Shown here: positions 36,001 to 48,756 of the stretch, one piece after another
Layout: the number at the start of each line of letters is the position of its first letter
Numbering within the stretch: position 1 is the first letter of the stretch
Assembly (NCBI GenBank): GCA_023213395.1
Contig: CM041465.1
Location: forward strand, 249,309,741-249,373,740
Source: Cycas panzhihuaensis
Taxonomy: Eukaryota > Plantae > Cycadophyta
DNA: 64,000 nucleotides
Direction of reading: 5' to 3'
Position numbers and translations under genes: made by a program
The notes under the pieces: generated by a model
The model's database searches: none
What the model was told of the DNA's origin: nothing
The model's input: the letters and a program-made list of their open reading frames with translations, nothing else

Positions 36001-39000
36001 AGAAGGATCAAAGGAAAACCATCTGGCCCAGGAGCTTTTTCTCAGCCCATATTGAAGAGTGCCTTCTCCACTTCCTCTAGAGTGAAAAGATTTGTCAGCC
36101 TTCTATTTTGATCTTCATTGATCAACTTTGGCATGTGTCTCAAGAGATCCTTTCTTAGGTCTAAATCCTGGCATCTGAATTCTTCAAATAAGTTCTTGAA
36201 ATAATTCACTACTATGCCTTTGATTTCTTCTTCTATCTCATGATTAGCTCCATCCCTACTACACAACATATTTATTCTATTACAGGACCCATGTTTCAGT
36301 GTGGACATATAAAAAAACTTAGTATTTCTATCTCCCTCTGATAGCTAGAGCACTTTAGACTTCTATTTCCAATGTATTTCCTCTTTAGCCAACACATCTT
36401 CCAAGTTTTTTATAGTCAAATATTCCATATAATCTAGAGAGGTGGACCTACCTTCCTCCTGGATCCTCCCCTCTACCATATTAAGCTCCTCATAAAGCCT
36501 ACATTTGGCCTTAAAAATGTTTCTAAAGACTTCTTTATTCTAAACTTTAATCTATCTCTTAACCCAATTCAACTTTTTAGAGAACCTAAACATAGCATGT
36601 CCCACCACAGGGATACTCCACCATTCCTTAACCCAGTCCTTAAGATCTGGGTGTCTCATCCATATAAGCTCGAACCAAAAGGGGGCCCCATGGTGAATAA
36701 CTAAAGTATTAAACTCCAACATTAGAGGAGAATGATCAGAGGCCACCTTTAGAGGCACCTCTAACTTGATGTCTTCATGGAGACTTATCCATTCGTAATT
36801 GGTCAACATCCTATCTAACTTTATCTGGATGTGATTGTCCCCTAATCTCCTATTTGACCAAGTGTACCTAGCCCCTCTGAGTGGGATATCCAATAGCCCT
36901 CCTCTCTGTAAGAAGTCTCCCAGTTCTAACATACTCTTAGACCAACCCTCTTGACCCTCTTTCTTCTCACCCAGATATAAAGTCAAGTTAGATCCCCCGC
37001 AACTAGCTAAGGGCCCTTCCAATCTTTGTGGATATCCATAATCCTATCCCATAGGTTTTATCTTCCTTCCACTGCCACAGGAGCATAAATATTGGTGGCT
37101 AACCATTGGATATTTGTCCCCTTACAGGTAAAGCAAATGGTCATGAAGTGATCTTCCTGGACCATACCTAACCCCTGCTAAATTCTTGGGTCCCAAAGGA
37201 TAGCCATACCACCCAAGCCAAGAGATCCCTCTTTGGCTAGCATTTCACCATTCCTCCAAATCTTGTTTTTCACCTCTAACTCCTTAGCCTTCTTAAATTT
37301 TGTTTCCTGTAGTAACATAATATTCCCTTCCATTCTAATTCTCAACTCCTTAATAATTCTCTACTTAGAGGGGGCATTCAAGCCCTTAACATTCTAGGAT
37401 AATACCCTCATAGCCAAACCCCTCACTCCATCTTTAAAGGGTCATCTTCTACTCCTAAGAAATGTGCCTTCAATCACCCCTTCCTTTAGGGTATATTAGT
37501 ACCCTTGATCAATTTGGGATGTTGTTTCCCTATCTCAAATCACTTTCTTGGAAGATCAGGGGCTCTTATTAGGCTTAACGATTCCTCTTAAAACCTTTTA
37601 CCTTTTGTTATCCAGCTGCAATCCCCACTAAGTGGCCTTCCTACCTCCCCTCTCTCCGACGGGGCCTCCTCGGCCCTATAATCCACTCTAACTTGGCTCT
37701 CTTCTTCCCTAACTAATAGCCCTTACTGCGTTTCCCCTTATCCTAAGGGTCACACCTTCTCCTCACCTTCCTCTGAGAGAGAATCCTCCTCATCCCAGGT
37801 AATCTCCTTCATCTTCTCAGTTTGAGGAATCTCAACTACCTTAAATGGGCCCTTCTTAGCCCTACTCTCTCCATTAAGGCACTCCTCTTCCATAGTTGTT
37901 GGCCCTTACTGCCCTTTCTCGTGACCCTAGGGTCGCTCCTTCTCCTAAGCTTCCTCTAGGATGGGAATCTCCTCATGTCCATTTATCTCCTTCACCTTCT
38001 CACCCCAAGGAGTTACATCTACCTTAGTCCCTAAGGCAACACCCATGTTTGCTTCTGCCCCTAGTTCCTCAATGGCTTTACTTGGACCTCCCTGCTCTCT
38101 AGCCTTACCTTGTTTGGTTCTCCTTGACACTTCAATAGTAAATGCCTTAAGCACCTGTATTTTGGACATCTAAAGCTGTCCAACTCATAAACCAACTTTT
38201 GTTAAGTATCCCACCCCTCTATTTTAATACTAACCTCTTTTAGGAGGTCTTTGTTGAGTCTCACCATAACACAAAACCTAGCATTTATTAGCTAAGATCT
38301 ATTCTTTATAGCTAAATCTATTGCTAATAATGGTCCTACTACCTTAACCACCCCTTTTACTATTTCTAGATTCTAAAATTATAAGGGTATCCCCGATATT
38401 TGGACCCAGATCAGGGTTTGTTTTACCATTAGAATTGATGGGTCAAAATTTGGATGCCATTTTTCCAAGATAATTGCCTTCCTACCAAGCATTCATGGAG
38501 ATTTTAGAAGAATGATGATTATATCCTCTTGATTTATAAACCTAAATATGACACATCCCTTAGGCATAACCATCACCTCCACCAAGTTCTTTATTTTCCA
38601 CTTTTTCCCCATCTATTTCCTAATAATGTCAAGCCCTGATCTAGGCCTCGAGAACCTCCCAACTAGGTTGTTTTCCCAATATTTCACCATTTTCTCAGTT
38701 GGATCTTTTGGTACAGAGATTTTTATTTAATTATCTTGATAGATTAGGTTTATCACATATTCCTCTGTATCACCATTTCTTAATGCATCAAGGTATGTCC
38801 TTCCTAGAGGAGAGGATTGGGTCTGGTTTATATAGATTGATTGCTCCATTAACTTAATTAAAATCAAGTCAAAGCATAGTAAAAAACTCTCAAACTGGGA
38901 CTCACCTACCACCCATAGATCACAACTGATTCTTTAAAGTTCCCTCCCTGAGGGCTTCTGTTTAACATCGTTGTCTAAGATTTGCTCCACAAGCCACCTT

Positions 39001-39346
39001 TTTGGATATGGTTGCTTGCCACCATTAACCACTCAGAACCTTATTCACGTACCTCATAACGGCCCATCCAGGGCACCTTCCATGTCTTCGCTACTCTCAA
39101 GTCTCTAAGATGACACTGTTAGCAAGAAGAAAAAGTTGGGTAACTTCCTTAACCTATACTAACTAGACTATCCTTCCTGCATATAGTGGGATAACATCTC
39201 AACCATCTGGGGCCTTGCCCTGTCTTGATTCCCCAGTCCACCCCTAAGACGCAGGCTCCACGAGGAACCCTAGATGCTGCTACCACTGTTGCAACCCTAA
39301 CTAGTTTGTTTCCTTTAGCACTTGTCTCCGTTCATCCCACCTTTGT
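33048..39346 (-). mobile_element. Full-length (about 6.3 kb) decayed L1 LINE with RNase H (copy 3)
   Basis: Poly(T) 33048-33067; ORF1 about 38850-37420 (DUF4283-like NNLVGRFS...WHPNFDP); ORF2 from 37411 (MRVLS*NVKGLN, SDHSP, KAPGPDGF, KAYDQV, GDPLYP, FVDD, RNase H); TSD core ttttcatat on both sides. Confidence 0.95.
33240..37411 (-). pseudogene. L1 ORF2 pseudogene (endonuclease-RT-zf-RVT-RNase H)
   Basis: ORF fragments 36552-37022 (endonuclease), 36042-36308 and 35769-35963 (RT); KINFDGAFKGNP near 33650-33690. Confidence 0.92.
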
Positions 39347-39470
39347 ATATTTTCATATTATTATAAATAATAATACCTTATTTGTCATATTTTAATTAGA
39401 GCTACATATGAAATTTTATTAGAGCTATTATGAAGAGAAAATGAAACCATAAAATCAATGTATTAACAGA

Positions 39471-39771
39471 ACTCTAAACCATGTAAAGAACAAACAACAT
39501 AAACAAATTAAGCATATGATAAAGAACATCAAAAGATTCAGGTCTAAGTATAAACCTTTTATTAATCTAAGTAATAGCTAAAGAATTACATAGATTAAAA
39601 TTCTAACTCTTCTTATAGACTCATCTAATATGTTCCATTATATAAGAATATATAGACATAGCTTTACAAGATATTGCTTTGTGGTTTTACAATATAATGG
39701 ACATAAACCATAGGCTGAAAAAGACCCCTTATACCCATGTAACATTTGCAAAGTATTTAATATATCCAACA
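39471..39771 (-). mobile_element. Orphan LTR plus PBS remnant inserted in the gypsy integrase
   Basis: actctaaacca is followed by tgtaaag...atccaaca; the block interrupts integrase between the YYPQ-like and TNK motifs. Confidence 0.45.
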
Positions 39772-42700
39772 TATTAAAGACATAATTTTCTTAATAACGA
39801 TAGGATGTACACTTATGATAGGAAAATATATAACTTTTAATTAGCCTTGTAGTCATCTAATTCACTAAAAGTAAACCTCTATCACTTACCAAGCCCATTA
39901 GGTAATTAAAATTTATAATAATATGTTCAAATAGAAACTTAGTAATTGCTTAAGCTATATTATCATTAATTACTTAAACCTTAACCCACTTGCTAGAATA
40001 ATTTATGGCCATCAAAATATATCATATACCTATACAAACTATAGCTCAATTAATAAACCTAATAAATTTAATTCTCTATTTTACCAATGGTGTTAAAGCT
40101 ATTATTAAATGTTGGGGTAAATGATTTTCTTTTACTAGTCAACCCACTCTTTGATAATTATTACATTTGTGTGTCTAATGATATACACCTTAAAATAAAT
40201 CAATCTGTCACAAACTAACTTAAAGAATATTTCTTATCAAATTATCACTTAATACATGGCCATTTAAAATACCTTAATAAGATTTATATATAATTGTTGA
40301 TGTTTCATGATTAAATGCACATTAATGTAATATCAAATTATCACCCATGTGATATACTTTGCCATTCATAAGTTGATAAATCATCACTTTTAGTCCCATC
40401 ATTATAATATCCTTCTTTAATATCCATTCTAATATTTTAATTGCACTCAAGTAATTTGTAATTATAATTAATTCATTTAGAATAACATTGGGTTTAAAGG
40501 GCTAAGCATATAAAAACTCATTATGTATCCCTTTAGTTATTTCTCTTAGACTGAATCCTTAATAAATGATTAAGAGGTATATGGATTTGAGTTAGCTTGA
40601 TAATAATTTTAAAATAAAATTCTTAAATTAATAATAATCATTAACCAATTCTACATTAAAGCATGAATTTATTAATGAAGTCTAAAAGTGTTTAGTAATT
40701 AATGTAAAAGTGAAAAAAAGAAGAAGAATAATATTCAAACTTTTATGGCCACTTCATTAATGACTCTTTCTTATAGCTATAACTAAACAAAGTTATATGG
40801 AGGAAGTGTTAAAGGCTATAGATATGTTCTACTTATCGCCAGGCTTCAAAATTCAATAGAGGAAAATATCTTACTTCCTCTAATCCATTAGGAAAAGACC
40901 ATAGTAGCTTAATAAACATAAATGGGCATAGATCAAATATGGGGAAATTCATAAGATCCTTAATATCCCTTTTAGGCATAACATCTTATTAATGGAAATG
41001 TAGGATTATGTAATTAATGTGAGTGAGGAATAACTTAAAAATTAGTCTTTTAAATTTTTGTCTTTAGTTGGAAGATACCAAATTTGCTCCAAAGTGCTAG
41101 TTTAAATAAACTAATCATCTATTAACCATAATTTATTATTTGAAAGCATAGTACAAAAGTTGAATAAAAGTAAATTTACTAAGAAATATTTTTAAAATGA
41201 TGGATATCATGAGTAACAAACAAATAATGACAAAGCAAAGAAGAGTATAACATGGATCTGATGGAGTTATGGTGTTAATGAAAACCAAGATCCTCGGACC
41301 CTATGGATAAATAGGTGGGACTAAGAGGGTTTGGCATACCTCTCAAAGTCCACCACTTCCTAGCATTGACAAGCAGTAGAGAGAGTGAGCCACCTCCAAG
41401 ACATGAGATATAGCCCAAATGTAAGTGTTATCCCAGCATTTCTCCTCTATAATGGACATTTGGGAAGAATCCAAGATTATCTCTAAATTTGATAACTATT
41501 ATTTTGCCAAGTGTCTTTGTAAAGATGTTTGTAACATGATCAATTATGTTGCACTAGACTAATTATAACTTACCTTATTAGACTAGCTCTCTAATGAAGT
41601 GATATTACGTTTCTATATGCTTAGTCTTACCATAAAACATTAGATTCTGAGTCATCTAAATTATACTTTGGTTATTAGAAAATAGTTATGTGGGACCAAT
41701 TTATTCTTCCTATCAATGTTGAAGTAATCTCTTAAGCCAAGTTGTCTCACAAGCTCCTACTATAATTACCTTGTATTATGCTTCTATAATATAAATAGAT
41801 ACGGTTACCTATTTCTTTGAAATCTATTCCACTGCTGTTGCAACTAAATTAAATGCATAACCTAAAGTAAACTTCCTATCATCTACATAACCTACCCAAT
41901 CTAAGTTTATATAACTAATCAACCTGTAATCCCCTGATGACCTATAATATAGACCATTCATAATACTTCCTCTAAGATACCTTTTGGTTGCTTATCAATA
42001 TTTTACCTTAGGCTTATGTATAAACCTAGAAAACAAACTAACTACATGCATAATATCTGGTTGAGTTGAAATCAAATAAGTAAGACTCCTAATCATCTAC
42101 CTATAAAGTATAAAATCAACTAATTTAGACTCCTTAAACTAAGATAATTTTAACCCAACTTTTGCTAGTGTTGCAAGTGGCTTATAACTAACCATGTTAA
42201 ATTTGTATAATATATCCAATATGTATTTCCTTTATGACACAAATATTCCCCTTTTATCTTACCATACTTTAATACCTAAGAAATAATACATAACTCCCAA
42301 ATCTATCATTTTAAACTCTTTGCATATATATTTCTTAAATTTTTGGGACAAGTAATCAAAATTCCTAATATATACTAGGTTATCCACATGTAAGCCCATA
42401 ATCAATTTATAGTTTTCTTCCAAGTTTATGTATAAGTTAAAGTCTGCTTGAATCCTTAAGAATCCTTTATCCTTCAAGCATTTTTTAATCTTACAATATT
42501 ATGCTATAAGTACTTGTTTGAATGAATACAAGCTCTTTTTGAGTTTATAGACCTTATCTTCCTTTCTTTTCATTTCAAAACCCTTAGGTTATTAGATATA
42601 TATTTCCTCATTAATATATCAATTTAAGAAGGCACTTTTCACATCCATTTGATGGATTGTCCAACCCTATTATGTGGCTAAAGCCATGATTAATTTAATT

Positions 42701-43082
42701 ATTTCTAACCTTACAACTAGTGTAAATTTTTCATTATAGTCTATGCCTTTAACTTAAGCATAGTCCTTTGTAATTAATCCTACCTTGTATTTGTTAATGG
42801 AACCATCTAGTATATTCTTGGTCTTGTATACCCATTTTCTCCTAGTGACATTCCTCTTTAGTAGTAAATCAACTAACTCCCAAGCGTCATTCTTCACTAA
42901 GGTATTATACTCTTCCTTCACAATTTTTTTCCTTTCATCTTGATTATTTTCCTCTTCAAAACTTTAAGGCCCATTTGACTATGAGTCATAAGTATTAAAT
43001 TTACCCTTTGAGATCTAGTTATTCTTTTCTAAAAATTAGTATCTAAAATATCTTGAGGTTTATGACCCCTTTGTATATATTT

Positions 43083-43339
43083 TGTTAAGAATTGAAAATG
43101 TAATATATATAACATTTAATGGTGAGTAAAAGATAAAGTAATAAAGTATAAGAAAGATGAAGTATGTATACACAAATGAATACTATATATGGAGAATTGG
43201 TCAAAACTTAAATTAGAGAGAATAAAAAAGTATATACTTATAGTACATACTCACCATTAGTGAGAGAACCCTATTAGTTAACTTAGAGGTGGCACACATC
43301 TCTATATGGCCCACAACCTCTAATATAAAAACACAAATA

Positions 43340-43372
<33 letters not shown>

Positions 43373-46300
43373 TTACATAGGGTTAATTATGTAATTGGGT
43401 ATTACACCTAACATTCCTCCCTATAATAGTCAATTATATAAAAGACTGTCATATCAAATAAATCTCAAGTCTTCAAAAGTATGATGGATCAAATGATGTT
43501 ACACATGAATAAAAATCAACTGATATCCATATAAAGTAAATTCCATCTACCAAAATACATGGGTCATTAGCTGCTACAAATACTAGTTGAGTAAGAACTC
43601 CTTTTGTTTATGTGAATCAATTAGACTTAGAAAGAGTAACTATAAAATAGTCCCAACCCTTACTCATATAGGAGTATAGGCAGAAAAGTATACAAGTGCT
43701 AAGAGTAGCTTCTAAAAGTGTGTCTGACCTCTTGCTAAATAGGATTATCACTTCTTCAGCATCTAATGGTTAGAAATAAAATAGGCTCTATGGCCGTAAA
43801 TCACCACATGGGCTAAAAAAATGCCTCTTTGGGCTTTACAACGTTCCCTTATAGGGAAAATAACTAGTAATAAATGACTCAAAAATGATAGATGCGACTT
43901 AAATTGTTACATGAATGACTCTTTCTCATAATAAAGCTCAAAATAACACTCAATAGGTTCTCAAGAGCTAAAAAATTAAACTTTGGTATATGTTATCCCC
44001 CCATTTAGGGTATATTACATCAAAAAATATCATAGAACCTTAAGAATTGCATGTATATGCCTAAAGAAGCTGAAAAAATGAAGTAGGATGAAGATTTAAT
44101 AAAAACTTTAAACTTAAAAATGCATCAAAATAACTCCAAAAAATGTCAAATGACCTACCAACAAAAAGATCTCTTTGTTACAATCCCAATGCAATAGACT
44201 TGAGCAAAATCAGAGCCTCTTAGCTCAAGATATCATCAAAAAGGCAAAGGGTGGTCCATAAAAAATTAAAAATAAGGGGCTAGTCCCTATCACTAGTTGG
44301 CTACTAGTTAGGTAGCATCTCCATATGACTAGGGGCTGATGCATAAAGGGGTTAAGTGGACCTAAAATAATTATTCAATCTACCTTAATATAGATTTCCA
44401 AATGTAAAAAAAATATTAAACCCTTTGTAATAAAATTCATGTCCATCTACAATCAAACAAACTTGCAAAAAAATATTTAATAGATTTAAAATTTTATTCA
44501 TATCTACCACATGCCAAAATATTTTATCAATCCTAATTAGGGTTTCGAATCAAAATATTATTTTTACAAAGGGGACGACTGCCATTTAACTATGTAATTA
44601 TGATTATAGGGGCTACCACATGTGTTTGTAGAGTGATGTAGGGTTCGTCTACCATTATCATTTGTAGGGTGCCTTTGATCTCTATTCGTGAGTAACCGTC
44701 TTCATCTTCTTATGCATGTCTACCAATGTTTTTTTTATTGCAAGAGTGTTGGTCGCCATTACAAGTCTACAGTGGCGATGGGCAGTTCACGCCTCTTCTG
44801 TTCGTCTAAGCTTTCATAGATCTCAACATTTGATGATCTTCTTCTAAATAAGCTTTACAATGCTAACCTCATTGATCTCGTCAATGCTCTATAATGGGAT
44901 GTCACTTAGCTTACCAAAATAGAAATGGAAGCAGTAAAATCAAAATGAAATAAACACTCATAAATGTTGTAACTAACAGATATCCTCAAAATTCAAGTGT
45001 TAGGATTTAAAACTCTTCAAGATCCCTACGATGATATTGTGAGTAACACAATGCTTATTCAATGGTGTTAATAAATTATTTTTTAGTGCACAAGTCTAAA
45101 TCTACTCTGATATATGGAAATACTTGACTGTTAAGATCAAACATTATAATTTATATACTTACCCTTATTCTACATGTGCTAGATAAACTTAGTAAAATCT
45201 AGTAATCAAACCCCATACTACATTTAAAGGGTGAAATAGTTACTGACCTAAATGATGGAAGATAGAATCTTTCACAGTTCTTCACTAAATACAGATGATA
45301 AATACAAAGAGGGTATAAAATAATTATTAAATTTCAAAAACAACCATGGTTGCCTAGAAGTCTACAACCTTTGTATAGTTTTAGTACTAAGTTCTAAAAC
45401 CTTTTAATGAAAATGAAGTAAATGGAAACCCACTGTATATCTAAGCTTTTGATATTCTGTCAAACTAGGAGATAGAAGGGCCATTCTTTTCTTCAACGTC
45501 ACATGTAGCAGTACTAATAAAGTCTCCTTTATCATCGTCTAGCATATCAACTGCCATCTCCAAAATAGTTCTTCCAACAATAACTCTAGTCTATTCTATA
45601 AGCGCTATAAGAAAAACTCTCCTCCATACGTTAAAAGCATTAATATAGCAATAACTTAAATAATAAGACCATCAGTAGCAACCACACATGTTGAAGAATA
45701 TAAAAGTTCATTACACATTGGACTACAATAGAAAACTAGGCAATCCTCTTTTTTTTTTTATACATAAAAATAGTATAAATATACAACACATCTTTAGAGA
45801 AAACAACTCAAAATTTTTTCAAACTATGGAGTTAATTTTTGACTTCAGGATAGCCAAAAAGAACTCACTTAATTGCTACTAATAACTCCATTGTAATCTG
45901 CCTACTGGCATGCAAGGAGATTACTTTACACCAATTGTATATGTGCACCAAAAACTCCTCTTTGATGATGGTAAATATGTTAATTCTATATAGTGATTAG
46001 GCCTATATAAATAGCTAATCTGTAATAGCTTTAAAACACCTTCATTAGCCTTAAAAAGCATAATAATATAACTTTTAATAGCTCTTAATAGCCTAAAAAA
46101 AATAGCCCCTTCAAATGACAAAAATAGTCTCAAATATTTAGCAAAAATTATTTAAGAAATATGTACTAGGTTGGCTTTTCATAACTTGAAATAAACCTTT
46201 AATAGTAGATCACAATACGGGAATAATATATATTCTTTAAAAGAATAACAAGAAGGAAGGATAATATGTATTAAAGGTTTACAATGATGCACTCAAGGAT

Positions 46301-46631
46301 TGAACCTTGGGCTCTAATACCATGTTAAGAATTAAAAGGACAATATACACAACATCTAATGGTAAGTAAAAGATAAAACAATAAAGTACAAGAAAGATGA
46401 AGTATGTACACAAATAAACACCATATATGGAGAATTGACCAAAACTCAAATTAGAGAGAATAAAAAAGTACATACTTATAGTACATGCTCACCATTGGTG
46501 AAAGAACCCCATTGGTCAACTTAGAGATGGTACACATCTCTATGTGGCCCATAACCTATAATATAAAAATATAAATAATAAAAAGAGATACTACATAAGG
46601 TTAATTATATAATTGGGTATTACACCTAACA
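43083..46631 (-). mobile_element. Non-autonomous copia-type element (gag remnant only), 3549 bp
   Basis: LTRs 43083-43413 and 46323-46631; PBS complement gctctaatacca 46311-46322; PPT complement ttcctccct; perfect TSD tattt; gag-like TVKDSIFHHL...VWGLITRFY near 45150-45290; no RT or integrase seen. Confidence 0.88.
43339..43372. repeat. (TA)n(GA)n compound microsatellite inside an LTR
   Basis: Present in the left LTR and absent from the sister LTR. Confidence 0.9.
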
Positions 46632-47692
46632 TATTTTGGAATCCTTTGATTTGAAGTAGATAGAATTACTCCACTTGTATTAAGTATATTTGTATCACTT
46701 GAGTTAGAGTCCACATCAACCATAATACATTTGCCTTTATCTTTTTTAATAACTTCCTCTTGATAGAATTCATCTTCATTAAAGATGACATCCTTGCTTA
46801 TGATGATTCTTTTACCCTTAGGTTCATATAATTTATAGGATCTTAATGTATCACTATATCCTATAAATATGCACTTAGTGCTTTTATCATTCAATTTTAG
46901 CCTTCTCTATTTTAGAACATATGTATATGCTATGCACCTAAATACTTTTAAGTGTTTGATACTTTTCTTGTAACCTATCTAAGCTTCTTCAGGTGCAACC
47001 CCTCTCACTACCTTTGCCATGTATTTATTTAATAAATAAATAACTGTATAAACAGCTTCTACCTAGTATTCATTACTAAAATGCTTATCCTTCATCATGC
47101 TCCTTGCCATCTCAATAATGGTCTTATTTTTTTTTTACCCTATTTTGTTGATGGGTATAACGATTAGTGAGTTATTTCCTTATCCCTTAGTACCCATAAT
47201 ATTCTTTGAAATGAATTCTCTCCCATTATCCAATATAAGGGTTAATATTTTATATCCATTTTATCTTTCAATTATCAGTTTAAAATCAATAAATCATTGA
47301 AGTGCATTTGACTTGAACTTGAGAAAATAAACCTAATTCATTCTCATAAAACTATAAATAAAGTTTTTAAAGTACTTAGCTCCTTTAAGTAAAGGCACAT
47401 CCATTGGTCCTCATAGATTTATGTATACTAAGTGAAGAGGCCTATTTACTCTATAGTTTTTATTAGAAAATATTTTCCTTTATCATTTGCCTAGTATACA
47501 ATCTTCACATACCTTTTTTTCATGTTCAATGTTATGTAAATCAACTACCATTTCTATCTTTTCCATTAATACTAAACTATTACAGTTCACATGGCTAAAT
47601 CTTTTATGTGAAGTCTTATTATCTATATTAATTGATGCCTTTAAGGTATAATAGTCATTTAGGGGTATGACTAACTTAAATAATCTATCACT

Positions 47693-48323
47693 TGTTAAGA
47701 AGACAAGGTCCCAATAACCTAAAACCGCCACCAAGATCTAAACTATTTTTGTAACTAGTTATAGGAATCGAAATTAAAATTTAACATGCAAGTTCTTAAA
47801 TTAGAGATAATACAATGAAATGAATGAGAAAGCCAAGAATCATATATACACCCAATATAACGTGGTAAAACCCTAACAGTATACTAGGGAAATATCCACA
47901 CAGGAAAGGTATTAATCTTTATTATCAAGAATGGAGAAATGTACATAATTTGTAGCAGAGTGCTCACATCAACAACAACCAGCTGCCCAACTCCTCACAG
48001 TATATACAATACATTGAACACCATCAACATAATGAAAAATGCCCTAAATTGGGCTACATGAGAGAGTCATATAAGGCACAAATCTTGATCATAGAATCTA
48101 AGGTATTTTGAGTGAACGACCATAATTCTCTTTACAATTTAATATACTTTCCAGTGCTAGCTTTTTGGGTCAGGGGATATCACCCCCGAACCCCCTTTTT
48201 GTGGGGAGTGTTCCATGCCCCCCACACCCCCTTGGAACCCCCCGAGAAAGGTTTGGGGAGAAACCGCACTGCCAACCTGTCAAAATTTTAGCCTCCAAAC
48301 CATTGTTGCCACATTATCTAACA
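47693..48323 (-). mobile_element. Solo LTR, 631 bp
   Basis: tgtta...ctaaca termini with a perfect TSD tcact; it interrupts the copia between protease and integrase. Orientation inferred from similarity to the other LTRs. Confidence 0.88.
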
Positions 48324-48500
48324 TCACTTATCATTTGACCCTTAACAACTATTATCCCATTCTTCAACTTATCCCTAGTTATGCACTCATTATTTTTAAA
48401 GATAACTTTATATTTTTGGTCCATCATTTGTCTAACCAATATCAAGTTAGTCTCTCTAAAATTTATTTGGATGGCTACACTGCATTTACCTATTCCATCT

Positions 48501-48756
48501 TAAGTAGTATTATCCCTAAACATGATTTTACTTATTTGAGTATTGTCCAACTTTTAAAATCATTATTTCTTATATATCATATGAGTAGAGTAATGTTAGC
48601 TAATATACCAACTATTATCCTCTTCATTTAAGTAGTATTATCCCTAAACATGATTTTACTTGTTTGAGTATTGTCCAACTTTTTAAATTATTCTTTCTTA
48701 TATATCATGTGAGTAGAGTAACGTTAGTTAATATACCAACTATCATCCTCTTCATT
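48501..48756. repeat. 2 x 128-bp tandem duplication covering the copia protease active-site motif
   Basis: Units start at 48501 and 48629; the minus strand reads SWYIN*RYSTHM and SWYIS*HYSTHM. Confidence 0.92.
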
